Shown: positions 1 through 8,910, numbered from the stretch's first letter. The stretch is DNA of 31,029 bases from Sandaracinaceae bacterium (GCA_044220955.1 JBGAQA010000083.1:1-31029), one strand, 5' to 3'. Made by a program: numbers and translations. Notes: a model not told the origin generated them from the sequence alone.

Positions 1-1102
1 CCTCGACCGCGAGGTCGCCACCCATGCTCCGTGCGAGGTGCCGGCCGATCGCGAGGCCGAAGCCGGGGCCGGCGACGGTGCCGCTCGCGAGCGGCTGCTC
101 GAACGCGCTGAACAGGCGGGGAAGGGTCTCGGCCGCCAGCCCCGGGCCGGTGTCGGCAACCTCGATCGCGAGGGTCTCGCGGCGATCGGCGGCCGGGCCT
201 GCCAGCGCGACCCGGACCGTCACCGAGCCCGCCGTCGTGAACTTGACGGCGTTGTCGAGGACGTTCGTCAGGATCTGCCGCAGCTTGGTCACGTCGGCGC
301 GCGCGTGCGCCGGAACCGCCGGCTCGACGTGGATCGCGAACGCGAGCGACTTCGCCTCCGCCCGCATCCGGAACTGCGCCGCCGTGTCGTCGATCAGCCG
401 GCGCAGTTCGAACGACTCGGCCTCCGGCACGCTCTGACCGGTCTCGACCCGCGCGAGCGAGAGGACGTCGCTGATCAGGCGCAGCAGGCGCTCGCCGGCG
501 TCGTGGATGATCGCGAGATACTCCTGCTGGCGCGGAGCCACGCCCGGCTCGCGGAGCAGGAGCTGAGAGAACCCGAGGATGGCGTTGAGCGGCGTGCGGA
601 GCTCGTGCGACATGTTGGCCAGGAACACGCTCTTGGCGCGACTGGCGGCCTCGGCAGTCCTCAGCGCGTCCTCGAGCGCCGCCTCGGTCCGCTTTCGCTC
701 CGTGATGTCGGAGAAGCACACCACGCACCCGACGATGCGGTCCCCCTCGCGCTTGGGCCTGGCCTCGTACTCCACGGGGAACGAGGAGCCGTCAGCGCGC
801 CAGAACACCTCGCCCGTGACCCGCGTGCTCGGCTTGCCCCGGATCGCCTGGTAGATGGGGCACGCCTCCACCGCATACGGGCTCCCGTCGGCGTGCGAGT
901 GGTGGAAGAGGGCGTGGTTGTTGCGCCCGATCACCTCTTCGTCGGCGCCGTAGCCGAGCGCCTCGAGCGCGGCGCGGTTGACGAACGTGCAGCGCCCGTC
1001 GAGGCCGATCCCGTAGATGCCGTCGCCGGCAGCGTCGAGCACTTCCTCGAGCCGGCGCGCGAGATCGGGGGGCTCGGCGCCCGGCGCATCCGGCTCAGCC
1101 AC
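1..1102 (-). CDS. PAS-domain sensor histidine kinase (PAS-HisKA-HATPase_c); 3' end runs off the left edge of the window
   Basis: Not in the ORF track; translated by hand from the minus strand. GTG at 1102 follows GGAGG. PAS (DGIYGIGLDGRCTFVNRAA...FWRADGSSFPVEY...FSDITERK), H-box FLANMSHELRTPLNAILGFSQLL, N-box QILTNVLDNAVKFT, G1 EVADTGPG, G2 GPGFGLAI. Track ORF 38..1531 is its antisense shadow. Confidence 0.93.
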   Translation of the reverse strand, partial: MAEPDAPGAEPPDLARRLEEVLDAAGDGIYGIGLDGRCTFVNRAALEALGYGADEEVIGRNNHALFHHSHADGSPYAVEACPIYQAIRGKPSTRVTGEVFWRADGSSFPVEYEARPKREGDRIVGCVVCFSDITERKRTEAALEDALRTAEAASRAKSVFLANMSHELRTPLNAILGFSQLLLREPGVAPRQQEYLAIIHDAGERLLRLISDVLSLARVETGQSVPEAESFELRRLIDDTAAQFRMRAEAKSLAFAIHVEPAVPAHARADVTKLRQILTNVLDNAVKFTTAGSVTVRVALAGPAADRRETLAIEVADTGPGLAAETLPRLFSAFEQPLASGTVAGPGFGLAIGRHLARSMGGDLAVE

Positions 1103-1215
1103 GAGCGGCCTCCGGCGCTCCGCGGACGAAGCGCGCGAGCGTCGCGATGGCGTCGACGGTCCAGGCGAGGGCGCCGCAGTCGGCGGACGCAACGGCCCCT
1201 CCACCCGCACGGGGA

Positions 1216-2010
1216 TCAGCAGCCACGGTCGCAGTCTTGCCCGCCGTCGAGGCAAGCCTGCTGCTGGCACGACGAGAGCGTGCTGCAGCAGACCCGGGGG
1301 GTGGTTCCGCAGGTCGAGTTCAGGTCGATGCACATCTGCCCGCAGCCGCAAAGGTACCGCGCGCCGGTGCCGCGACACATCACACCGTCCGAGAGCCTCG
1401 GGAAGTGGCAGCCCGTCCCGGGGTCGCACGCGCCGGTGCCGTCGAGGCAGTCGCCCGCCATCGGCGCGGGGCCCGGCTCGGGGCAGGCCGAGTCGTCCGC
1501 CTCGTGCATGCAGCTGCCGCCGCTGCAGTAGTCGATCGTACACGCGACGGCGTCGGCGCAGCCGTGGCCGCACGTGCCGCAATGGGCGGGGTCGCGGGTC
1601 GTGTCGCGGCAGACGCCTCCACAGCACACCCCGGCCGTGGTCGTGCAGGCCGTGCCGTCGGGCACCGTACACGTCGAGGTGGGGCCTGCGTCGGTCCCCG
1701 CGTCGAGCGGTGGGGCGGCGTCGCGCAGGCCCGCGTCGAGCTGCGTGGCGTCGAGCTGCGCGGCGTCGAGCTGCGCGGCGTCGAGCTGCGCGGCGTCGAG
1801 CGCGGCGTCGAGCTGCGCAGCGTCGACGGACGCGTCCCGCGCGCCACGACGGCGCCGACACGGGCGCGCGTGGCAGCGCTGGTCGCTCTCGCACGTGAAG
1901 CCCGCCGGGCAGCGCCCGTCGCCGCAAGAGAAGTGCCCGTCGCGCGGCTGCACGGAGCAGGCCGCGACGAGGGCGAGGGCGGACGCGAGCGTGGTCGGGG
2001 CGGCGCGCAT
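1216..2010 (-). CDS. Cys-rich secreted lipoprotein with DAAQL-repeat linker
   Basis: 3' part of track ORF 1216..3027. ATG at 2010 overlaps the upstream stop (TGATG). Lipobox LVAAC, N-terminal Cys cluster FSCGDGRCPAGFTC, acidic DAAQL/DAG linker, Cys-rich C-terminus (DPAHCGTCGHGC, CTIDYC). Confidence 0.85.
   Translation of the reverse strand: MRAAPTTLASALALVAACSVQPRDGHFSCGDGRCPAGFTCESDQRCHARPCRRRRGARDASVDAAQLDAALDAAQLDAAQLDAAQLDATQLDAGLRDAAPPLDAGTDAGPTSTCTVPDGTACTTTAGVCCGGVCRDTTRDPAHCGTCGHGCADAVACTIDYCSGGSCMHEADDSACPEPGPAPMAGDCLDGTGACDPGTGCHFPRLSDGVMCRGTGARYLCGCGQMCIDLNSTCGTTPRVCCSTLSSCQQQACLDGGQDCDRGC
1733..1826. repeat. 15-bp tandem repeat GCGTCGAGCTGCGCG, about 6.5 units (one shortened to 12 bp), encoding (DAAQL)n
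   Basis: Units read directly at 1733, 1748, 1763, 1778, 1793 (12 bp), 1805 and a partial unit at 1820. Confidence 0.92.
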
Positions 2011-2783
2011 CAGAAGCGCCCCTCCACGCGGAGCCCGCCGAGGCCGACCGAGGCGCGCACCTCGGGCGCACCGCCGGCTCCTCCGTTCGTCGCGAGGACG
2101 ACGATGCCCGCCGTGGCCGCCGCCGCTCCGACGCCGAGCGCGATCCAGCCGACGGCCGAGAGGACGGGCACGCGCTCGGCCGCGTCGGAGACGCTCGACC
2201 ACGCCGTCCCGGGCGCAGCGCCATCGACGGCCTGCTGGTCGAGCACCGTGGCGACGAGCAGCCCGGCGCCGAGCGCGACGACCACGCCGCCGCCGATCGA
2301 GAGACCGAGCCCGACCGGGTCGGGCCCGGGCGCGGGCGCCGCGGGCGGCGGCGTGGGACCGGGCGCTGGTTGCGCGGGCCGCGAGAGCGAGGCGATGCGG
2401 CCCTCGACCTCGGCGCGGTTCGCCGCGTCCGGGACGCGCTCGAGGTAGAGGCGGAAGTGGGCGAGCGCGTCGGCGCCGTGCCCGAGGTACTCCTCCGAGA
2501 CGGCCATGTTGTACAGGAGCTCGGGGCGACTGCTCAGATCGTAGCTGCGCGTGAAATAGTCGAGCGCGTCCGCGTAGCGGCCGTCGCGGTACGCCGCCGC
2601 TCCCGCGTCGAAGAGACCGCGCGCCTCGGCGTCGTGGCTCGCGTCGGCGATCGGGGCGGGCTCCTGCGCGAGCGCGACGCTCCCGACGAGGAAGCTCCCG
2701 ACGAAGAAGCTCCCGACGAGCAAGAGGCTCGACCCCGCGAGCGCGCCCGAGACCCCGACAGTCCGCTTCGACGTGGCACTCAT
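2010..2783 (-). CDS. Exported tetratricopeptide-repeat protein with two C-terminal hydrophobic segments and a terminal Phe-ending beta-strand
   Basis: ATG at 2783 after GGTGG. Signal peptide ending VALA|QE, TPR helices (EARGLFDAGAAAYRDGRYADALDYF...ELLYNMA...ALAHFRLYL), Pro-rich linker, two Gly/Ala-rich hydrophobic stretches, C-terminus GLRVEGRF. Confidence 0.85.
   Translation of the reverse strand: MSATSKRTVGVSGALAGSSLLLVGSFFVGSFLVGSVALAQEPAPIADASHDAEARGLFDAGAAAYRDGRYADALDYFTRSYDLSSRPELLYNMAVSEEYLGHGADALAHFRLYLERVPDAANRAEVEGRIASLSRPAQPAPGPTPPPAAPAPGPDPVGLGLSIGGGVVVALGAGLLVATVLDQQAVDGAAPGTAWSSVSDAAERVPVLSAVGWIALGVGAAAATAGIVVLATNGGAGGAPEVRASVGLGGLRVEGRF
2679..2723. repeat. Three 15-bp tandem units GCTCCCGACGA(GG/AG/GC)AA in the signal-peptide coding region
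   Basis: Units at 2679, 2694 and 2709 encode LLVGS-FFVGS-FLVGS. Confidence 0.8.
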
Positions 2784-3149
2784 CGATCCACCGGTCTCCG
2801 AGGCGTGGCGATTCGGCCCGTCCGCGCCACCGAGACTGCGGGTCCGCAGCGCCCGCGCCGAGGCCACGATGAGCGGCGCGCCTGCGCCGCTGGTTGCACG
2901 TGCGCAACTCGCGGCGGGATCGCGATCCGGCACCCGTCGCCCGGAGCAGCGAGTTCGGTCCCAGCGGCGTCGGCCCGGACGATCCCGACGAGCCACCGCC
3001 CAAGCCGCAGCCCGAGAGCATCAGCACGGACCGCTGGCGGTTTCGTTTGTGTTCGCTCGCGCGTTGCGCGACGCTGCCGGCACCGTCGATGGTTCGTTCG
3101 ACGTCGGGCCACGCGAATACCCGCGATGGGTCATCCGCGAGGGAGAGCG

Positions 3150-4007
3150 ATGGAGAAGTCGTTTCGTCGTGTGGTCTCGTGTCTCTCTTTGATCGCCGCA
3201 GTGGGCTGCAGCCCCGCCACCGAGGTCGCCGACGCCGCGCGCCCGGGGACCGACGTCGGCGCGGGGATCGACGTCGGGCCCGGCTCGACGCTCGTCGGCG
3301 CGAGCGGCGGAACGGTCTCGGGCCCCGACGGGACGCGTCTCGTGGTGCCGCCGGGCGCGCTGTCGACCGACGTCGCCATCACGATCGAGGTGGTCGCGAT
3401 GCCCGCGGGCGCGTCGTTCGGGACCACGCCGATCGGTGCGACCTACCGCTTCCTTCCCCACGGACTGACCTTCTCGGCGCCCGTCACGGTGGACTTGCCG
3501 ATCGCGCCGACCGGCAGCCGGATCACGCTCTTGACGCTCGCGGACGACGCGGACACGACGTGGGAGGTGGTCGAAGGGGGAACGATCGACGCGACCGGAG
3601 GCCACGTCCCGGTGAGCCACCTGAGCTACTTCAGCTTCGGCGTCTGCGATCCCTTGCGGCACGTCTGCTGGCCGTGCGATCCGCCGAGCCTCTGCGAGAT
3701 CGGAACGGACGCAGGTCCTCCGGTCGACGCCGGTCCGTTCGACGCCGGTCCGCCGAGCTGTGCGACGGCGTGCGTCGCGCCCGAGGTGTGCCTGTTCGTC
3801 CCCGACTCGTCGCCCAGCCGCGGGTTCTGGGATTGCCGCCCGCCCTGTGCGGTCGATGCCGACTGCGCGCCGTTCGTACCGGTGTGCGTCGGAACGGCAT
3901 CCGTCACCTCGGGTAGCATCTGGTGCGCCTCCGGGGGCTGCACCGGAGCCCAGACCCTCGTGGGCTGCCCGACCGGCACCACCTGCTCCGCCGGCCTGTG
4001 CTCGTAG
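3150..4007 (+). CDS. Lipoprotein with a ZU5-like domain and Cys-rich C-terminus
   Basis: ATG at 3150 after GGGAG. Lipobox AVGC. ZU5-like pattern VGASGGTVSGPDGTRLVVPPGAL...YRFLPHGLTFSAPVTVDLP...WEVV...VSHLSYF, then a DAG linker and Cys-rich tail. Confidence 0.8.
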   Translation: MEKSFRRVVSCLSLIAAVGCSPATEVADAARPGTDVGAGIDVGPGSTLVGASGGTVSGPDGTRLVVPPGALSTDVAITIEVVAMPAGASFGTTPIGATYRFLPHGLTFSAPVTVDLPIAPTGSRITLLTLADDADTTWEVVEGGTIDATGGHVPVSHLSYFSFGVCDPLRHVCWPCDPPSLCEIGTDAGPPVDAGPFDAGPPSCATACVAPEVCLFVPDSSPSRGFWDCRPPCAVDADCAPFVPVCVGTASVTSGSIWCASGGCTGAQTLVGCPTGTTCSAGLCS

Positions 4008-4101
4008 GTCGGCGCGCTGCCCGAGAAGGCGTGCGGTCTCGAGCTGAAGGTCAAGAGCAGCGGCAACGTCGTCGGTCGGCGACCGCCGCGCCCGGACCGT
4101 C

Positions 4102-4656
4102 TCACCGTCGGCTTGCGATGACACCGTGCGCGACGAGCCGAGCGCGGACCTCCGCGTCCAGGCGGGTGGCGCCGACCGTGTCGACGGCGAAGCGCACGCG
4201 CGCCCGGCGCGCCTCGTCGAGCTCGTCGAGCTCGTCGGCGAGCAAGAGCTCGAGGCACGTGCCCAGGGCCTCCTCGAGGAACTCGTCGAACGAGCGGCCC
4301 TTGTCGTGCGACGCCCAGCCCTCGTCGTGGACGACGAGGCGGACCGAGTCGTCGTCGACGTTCCAGAGATAGAGATCGCCGGCGCCGTTCTTCGCGACGC
4401 AGATCTCCCGCTCGCTCATCACGCCCTGCTCCCACGGCGCGCGCGCGAGCAGGGCCGGGTAGAGCTCGATGTCGAAGAGCGCGAACGAGGTGTCTCGCTC
4501 GACCAGCGTCGCCAGCAGCTCGTGAACGGCCGGCCGGCCCTCCGCGAGCGCGAGCTTGGCGGCGATCGCGGGGCGAGGGTCGTCCTTGCCTCGGTGCGGG
4601 ACCGGCGCGGGCGCTTGCGCGCGGAGGAACGCGGTCAGCTTCTCGGTCGGGCTCAT
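4102..4656 (-). CDS. SMI1/KNR4 (SUKH)-like protein, putative toxin immunity protein
   Basis: 3' part of track ORF 4102..6441 from ATG 4656 (184 aa). ICVAKNGAGDLYLWN...VRLVVHDEG...SFDEFLE resembles the SUKH core. Confidence 0.6.
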   Translation of the reverse strand: MSPTEKLTAFLRAQAPAPVPHRGKDDPRPAIAAKLALAEGRPAVHELLATLVERDTSFALFDIELYPALLARAPWEQGVMSEREICVAKNGAGDLYLWNVDDDSVRLVVHDEGWASHDKGRSFDEFLEEALGTCLELLLADELDELDEARRARVRFAVDTVGATRLDAEVRARLVAHGVIASRR

Positions 4657-4694
4657 CCGCGTGTCGTACCGCACGCGCGACGGACATCGAGCGT

Positions 4695-6371
4695 TCAGTC
4701 GAAGCAGACCTCGACGGGCGCCGGGTGCGCGACGCCGGCCGTGGCGTCCACCTCGCCGCGCCCGAGCTGCCCGCGCTCGTTCGTTCCCCAGCAGAAGACC
4801 TGGCCGACGATGGTGATCGCGCAGAAGCCGCCGTCGCCGCCGTCGATGCCCGTCACGCCCGAGAGGCCCGCGACGGGCGTCGGGGTGCGCACCACGGTGC
4901 TGGCGGGCTGGCCGGTCTGGCCGAGCGCGCCCGCGCCCCAGCACGACACGCCGCCCGCCCGCGTCACCGCGCAGAACGCCGTGCCGCCCACGGCGACGCG
5001 GTGGTACTCGTCGCCTGCCATCCCCGGCGGTCCCCACGTGCGCGTACACGTGCAGCTCGGCTCCTCGACGATCGGCCTCCCGAGCTGGAACGACGCGTCG
5101 TTGCCGACGCACGCGAGCGCGTTGTTCGTGTAGCGGACGCACGTCGAGCTCCCGTCGGTCGCGAGCATGGCGGCGGGCGCGAGCAGATCGACGTCCAGCG
5201 CCGCTCCGCTCGCGGTCGCGCCGTCGATCGCGACGCCGGCGCCGAGCGCGCCCTGGTTCCAGCCGCCGAGACAGAGCGCGCGCGAGCCGCCGATCGCGCA
5301 CACGAGGCGCGAGCCGGCGGCGATCTCGGTGCTGGACGTGCCGAGGTCCGGCATGGAGAAGTCCGGCGCGTGCAGCGCGCCGAGCTGTCCTTCGACGCCG
5401 CGTCCCCACCCGAGCACGCTTCCGTCGGCGCGGCGCGCGAACACCGTGTCCTGTGCGAGGGCGAGGTCCGTGATCGCGAGCCCGCCGGCCCCGCTCGTGA
5501 CGACGCTGCCCGGCGCGGTCGCGTCGTAGACCTCGCCCGCGCGACCCGCCAGGGGCGGTGGCTGCGTGCCGCGCTCTCCGTCGCCGCCTTGTCCCCAGCA
5601 CTGCACGTGACCCGCGAGATCGAGCGCGCACGAGGTCACGCCCCCCGCCCCGATCCGGCTGGCGCGGAGCGGGCTCCCGTCCTGGGCGAGCGCGACGACG
5701 GGGCGCGGCGAGCAGTCGTCGCCGGCGGCGGGGCAGGCCCCGTGCGCGGCGAAGCTCCCGTCGCCGAGGCCGTCGCCGAGCTGCCCGTAGGCGTTCGAGC
5801 CCCAGCACACGACCACGTCGTCGTCGCGGATGGCACACGCATGCAGCGCGCCGACCGCGAGCTGTCGCGCGCTGTGGTTGCCCGCGCAGCTCGAGCCGGC
5901 GTCGGTGCCCGCTGCGTCCGGCGTGCCCGCGTCCCTCAGGCCGCCGTCGCTCGGATCCGCGCGCACGCAGCGCGCGCGCCCATCCCCCGTCGGCTCGCAC
6001 GTCGAGTCGGGCGGGCACTGCACGATGTCGATGCACGCGTTGGCGCACGCGCGGTCCACGCAGATGAGGTCCGAGGCGCAGGGCGCCGCCGGGCCGCAGC
6101 CCGGGTCGTCGTCGAGCGCGCACGCTCCGGCGCCCGAGGCGGTGAGCAGGCACGTCGAGCCGACCGGGCAGTCGCGGTTCTCGACGCACTGAACCCGGCA
6201 GCGCCCGAACGCGCACGTCAAGGGAGAGCTGCACTCGTTCGCGCGCGCGCAGCTCGCGCCCGTGCTCACCGGCGCCTGACAGCCGAGCAGGGACACGAGC
6301 GCGAGGGCGAGCGAGGCGCGGAGCACGCCCCAGCGTAGCGTCAACGGGCCGACACGCCCGGCGTCGGGCAC
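4695..6371 (-). CDS. RCC1/BLIP-II repeat lipoprotein with N-terminal Cys-rich region
   Basis: Lipobox LLGC. Repeats of type HACAI...VVCWGSNAYGQLG, VQCWGQGGDGERG, VSCWGAGALGQTG, VFCWGTNERGQLG. The true start could be a few codons downstream of 6371. Confidence 0.9.
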   Translation of the reverse strand: MPDAGRVGPLTLRWGVLRASLALALVSLLGCQAPVSTGASCARANECSSPLTCAFGRCRVQCVENRDCPVGSTCLLTASGAGACALDDDPGCGPAAPCASDLICVDRACANACIDIVQCPPDSTCEPTGDGRARCVRADPSDGGLRDAGTPDAAGTDAGSSCAGNHSARQLAVGALHACAIRDDDVVVCWGSNAYGQLGDGLGDGSFAAHGACPAAGDDCSPRPVVALAQDGSPLRASRIGAGGVTSCALDLAGHVQCWGQGGDGERGTQPPPLAGRAGEVYDATAPGSVVTSGAGGLAITDLALAQDTVFARRADGSVLGWGRGVEGQLGALHAPDFSMPDLGTSSTEIAAGSRLVCAIGGSRALCLGGWNQGALGAGVAIDGATASGAALDVDLLAPAAMLATDGSSTCVRYTNNALACVGNDASFQLGRPIVEEPSCTCTRTWGPPGMAGDEYHRVAVGGTAFCAVTRAGGVSCWGAGALGQTGQPASTVVRTPTPVAGLSGVTGIDGGDGGFCAITIVGQVFCWGTNERGQLGRGEVDATAGVAHPAPVEVCFD

Positions 6372-6433
6372 GTCGCTCGCGCGAAAGGGCCGCTCGCGCC
6401 GGGCGACGAGGCGATATGCTCCGCCAGGACGCG

Positions 6434-6877
6434 ATGAGCACGACGACCGGACACCATGGCAGCTACGATCGGCTCGGCTCGGCGCTGGCGCTGCTCGCCG
6501 CGTGCACGCTCGCCGGATGTTGCATGAGCGGCGGCACGCCCGGGGGGCTCGGCGGCGGGCCGATCACCGGAGGCGACTGCGGCTATCAGCCCGTCCCGGG
6601 CACGGCGCACGTCACCGCGCTCGAGCCGCTCTCGACGGGCGCGATGCAGGTGCGGTACCGCTTCGAGCCCGACCCGCCGGCGCCGCCCTCCGCCGCCGTC
6701 CTCACCGGCGTCGAGCTCTCTCTCGAGCTGCCGTGTGCGGCCTGCGCCACCCAGCTCGGTCTCGCCGTCGGCGGCACCTCGCCCATGATACCGAGGATCA
6801 GCAGCGGCGGTGGCTGCGCGCCCTTCGCGGACTTCCAGCCCTGGGACGCCGCGGACTGCGCCTGCGCCGCCCCCTGA
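6434..6877 (+). CDS. Small Cys-containing lipoprotein, hypothetical
   Basis: ATG at 6434 after AGGA (alternative ATG 6416). Hydrophobic stretch plus lipobox LAGC. Fills the gap between neighbours without overlap. Confidence 0.7.
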   Translation: MSTTTGHHGSYDRLGSALALLAACTLAGCCMSGGTPGGLGGGPITGGDCGYQPVPGTAHVTALEPLSTGAMQVRYRFEPDPPAPPSAAVLTGVELSLELPCAACATQLGLAVGGTSPMIPRISSGGGCAPFADFQPWDAADCACAAP

Positions 6878-6889
6878 CCACGCCTTCCA

Positions 6890-8791
6890 TCACATCCGCG
6901 ACTCGAGCGAGATCGGGAGCTCGTGGTCGGTCTGCGCGGTCACGGCGCCGACCTCGGTGAACGTCACGTGCCGCTGCGCGAGGGCGGAGTCGTAGCCCGG
7001 GGCCTGCACGCAGACTCCGACCGCGGCCCCCGTGATCGCGCCCGAGCCGAGCGTGATCGCGCTCTCTCCGCTCGCAGCGTCGGCGCCCACGAGCAGGCCA
7101 CACAGCGACGCGCCACCCACCGTGAACGCGTCGACCGAGAGCGTGCCGCCGCTGTTCGCGACGAGGCCGAAGCCCCCCATCGTCCCCACGCAGACGCTCT
7201 CCGGGCACGCGCTCGGCTCGACCCCGTCGAGGGCGAGATCGCGCAGGGCGACCGTGGCGCTGCCCGTGCTCACGACGCCCGCGAAGCGCGAGCGCTCGAG
7301 GTGCACGCGGCTGCCACGGAGGGTCCCGCCCAGCTGTGCCCAGAGCGCGACGCCGAAGGTGCCCGCCGAGATCTCGGGCATCGTGTCCCGGACCCAGAGG
7401 TCGGTCGCGTCGACGACCGAGCCCTCGCCGTACACGTGCAGACCGGCGTTGCGGTTCTGCTCGACCAGCGCGCGCGCGAGGGTCACGTGCGCGCCGAGCT
7501 GCACCTCGATCCCACGACCGAAGAGGCCGTCGGCCTCCCGAGACAAGGTGCCGCGGACGACGACGTCGCTCGCCTCGAGCACCGTGCCGGCGTCCGTCGC
7601 GACGAGCCCCTCCTCTCGGTTGCCGTCGACCAGCACGCGGACGAGCGTCACGTGCGATCGGGACTGCGCCAGGAGCCCTCGACCCGCGAAGTCGCTGCGC
7701 TCCTCCGCGTGGGTTCCACGCACCACCACGTCCGTCGCCGCGAGCGTCGTGCCGGGCGCACCTCCGCTGCCGGCGAAGAGACCGGCGTCGGTGTTGCCGA
7801 CGACGAGGGCCCGAGTGAGCGTGAGATGGGCTCCGGCCTGCACGTTCACGCCGCGGCCGAGGGTGTCGTCGGACTCCTGAGCGAGCGTGCCTCGGACCAC
7901 GACGTCGCTGGCGTCGAGCTGCGTGCCGACCCCGTCCGCCTGGAGCCCGAAGGTTCGATTGCCGTCGACGAGCGCGCGAGACAGGACGAGCCGCGCGCCG
8001 CGTTCGACGGCGATGCCGGCTCCTCCCGCGCGCGTCGACTCCGTGAACCGCGTGCCCCGCACGACGAGATCACGCGCCGTCACGGACGAGCCTCCGATCG
8101 GGTAGAGCCCGACGATCCGCGCGCGCTCGACGACGACCCGCTCGACGGATACTCCGCTGCCGCCCGTCACCAGGATCCCCACGCGCTCGGGCCCTTCGAT
8201 GGCCACGTTGCGCAACGCGGCGCCATCGCTCGAGATGACGACCGCGGCCTCCGTCTCCGAGCGCTCGGAAGACGCGCGGGTCACGATGCGCGTGCCCGAG
8301 ACGCAGGCGCCCCAGAGGGTCTGGCCGTTCGAGAGCGAGATCGCCTCGTCGTAGCGTCCGACCGCGACGGCGATCACGGTGCCGGGTGTCGCAGCGGCGG
8401 CGACCGCGTCGGAGATCTGCCGCATCGCGGTCGCGCGCGTGCGGCCGTCACCGCCGGGGGCTGCGTCGTCGTCCACGTAGAGCAGCGCGCGGTCGGCCGG
8501 AAGATCCGCCGGCCAGCCATCGGTCGGACACGTGGGCCCGATGCGCGCGCAGCCCGGCGTCCCCGGCAGGTGTACCTCGTCGAAGGCGCACCCCTCGGCA
8601 TATCCCGCCTCCGCGTAGGGCTCGCACGTGGCGACGTGGTGCGCGCCCGGTACCTCGCGCCACCCCTCCGCGCATGGCGTGAGACGCGGCCCCGGCGCCT
8701 CGACCGTGGCGACGAGGGTCGGCTGCTCTGGCGACGCGCCCCCGCAGGCCGAGACGACGATCGCGAACGCGAGAGACTGCCGGAGTTTCAT
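6890..8791 (-). CDS. Right-handed parallel beta-helix repeat lipoprotein (pectin-lyase-like fold)
   Basis: ATG at 8791. Lipobox VSAC. YVDDDAAPGGDG...AMRQISDAV...VAVGRYDE start of the beta-helix, followed by ~55-aa repeats of the form (A/D)xDVVVRGT...GRG...V..GA.(L/V)TL.RALV..N..G. Confidence 0.88.
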   Translation of the reverse strand: MKLRQSLAFAIVVSACGGASPEQPTLVATVEAPGPRLTPCAEGWREVPGAHHVATCEPYAEAGYAEGCAFDEVHLPGTPGCARIGPTCPTDGWPADLPADRALLYVDDDAAPGGDGRTRATAMRQISDAVAAAATPGTVIAVAVGRYDEAISLSNGQTLWGACVSGTRIVTRASSERSETEAAVVISSDGAALRNVAIEGPERVGILVTGGSGVSVERVVVERARIVGLYPIGGSSVTARDLVVRGTRFTESTRAGGAGIAVERGARLVLSRALVDGNRTFGLQADGVGTQLDASDVVVRGTLAQESDDTLGRGVNVQAGAHLTLTRALVVGNTDAGLFAGSGGAPGTTLAATDVVVRGTHAEERSDFAGRGLLAQSRSHVTLVRVLVDGNREEGLVATDAGTVLEASDVVVRGTLSREADGLFGRGIEVQLGAHVTLARALVEQNRNAGLHVYGEGSVVDATDLWVRDTMPEISAGTFGVALWAQLGGTLRGSRVHLERSRFAGVVSTGSATVALRDLALDGVEPSACPESVCVGTMGGFGLVANSGGTLSVDAFTVGGASLCGLLVGADAASGESAITLGSGAITGAAVGVCVQAPGYDSALAQRHVTFTEVGAVTAQTDHELPISLESRM

Positions 8792-8910
8792 GGGGCGGGA
8801 CCGTCGCACGAGCGAGCCGCCCCGAACAGTGCGATGCGCCAGGACGCCCCGTGCTCCTTCTCTCCCCCCGTATCGCGAACAGAAGCGCGGTCCCGATCCG
8901 GGACGGCTCT

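Noticed and set aside
38..1531. 497-aa plus-strand ORF and similar long ORFs (6923..10162, 17676..20222, 12586..14382, 14484..16004)
   Set aside because: Antisense shadows of genes with clear motifs on the other strand; stop codons are rare in such GC-rich DNA.
1733..1826. Possible CRISPR array
   Set aside because: Units are contiguous 15-mers without spacers, lie in frame inside a CDS, and no cas genes are present.
2784..3149. Promoter or ncRNA in the divergent intergenic region
   Set aside because: No convincing sigma70 or sigma54 boxes and no recognisable RNA motif by eye.
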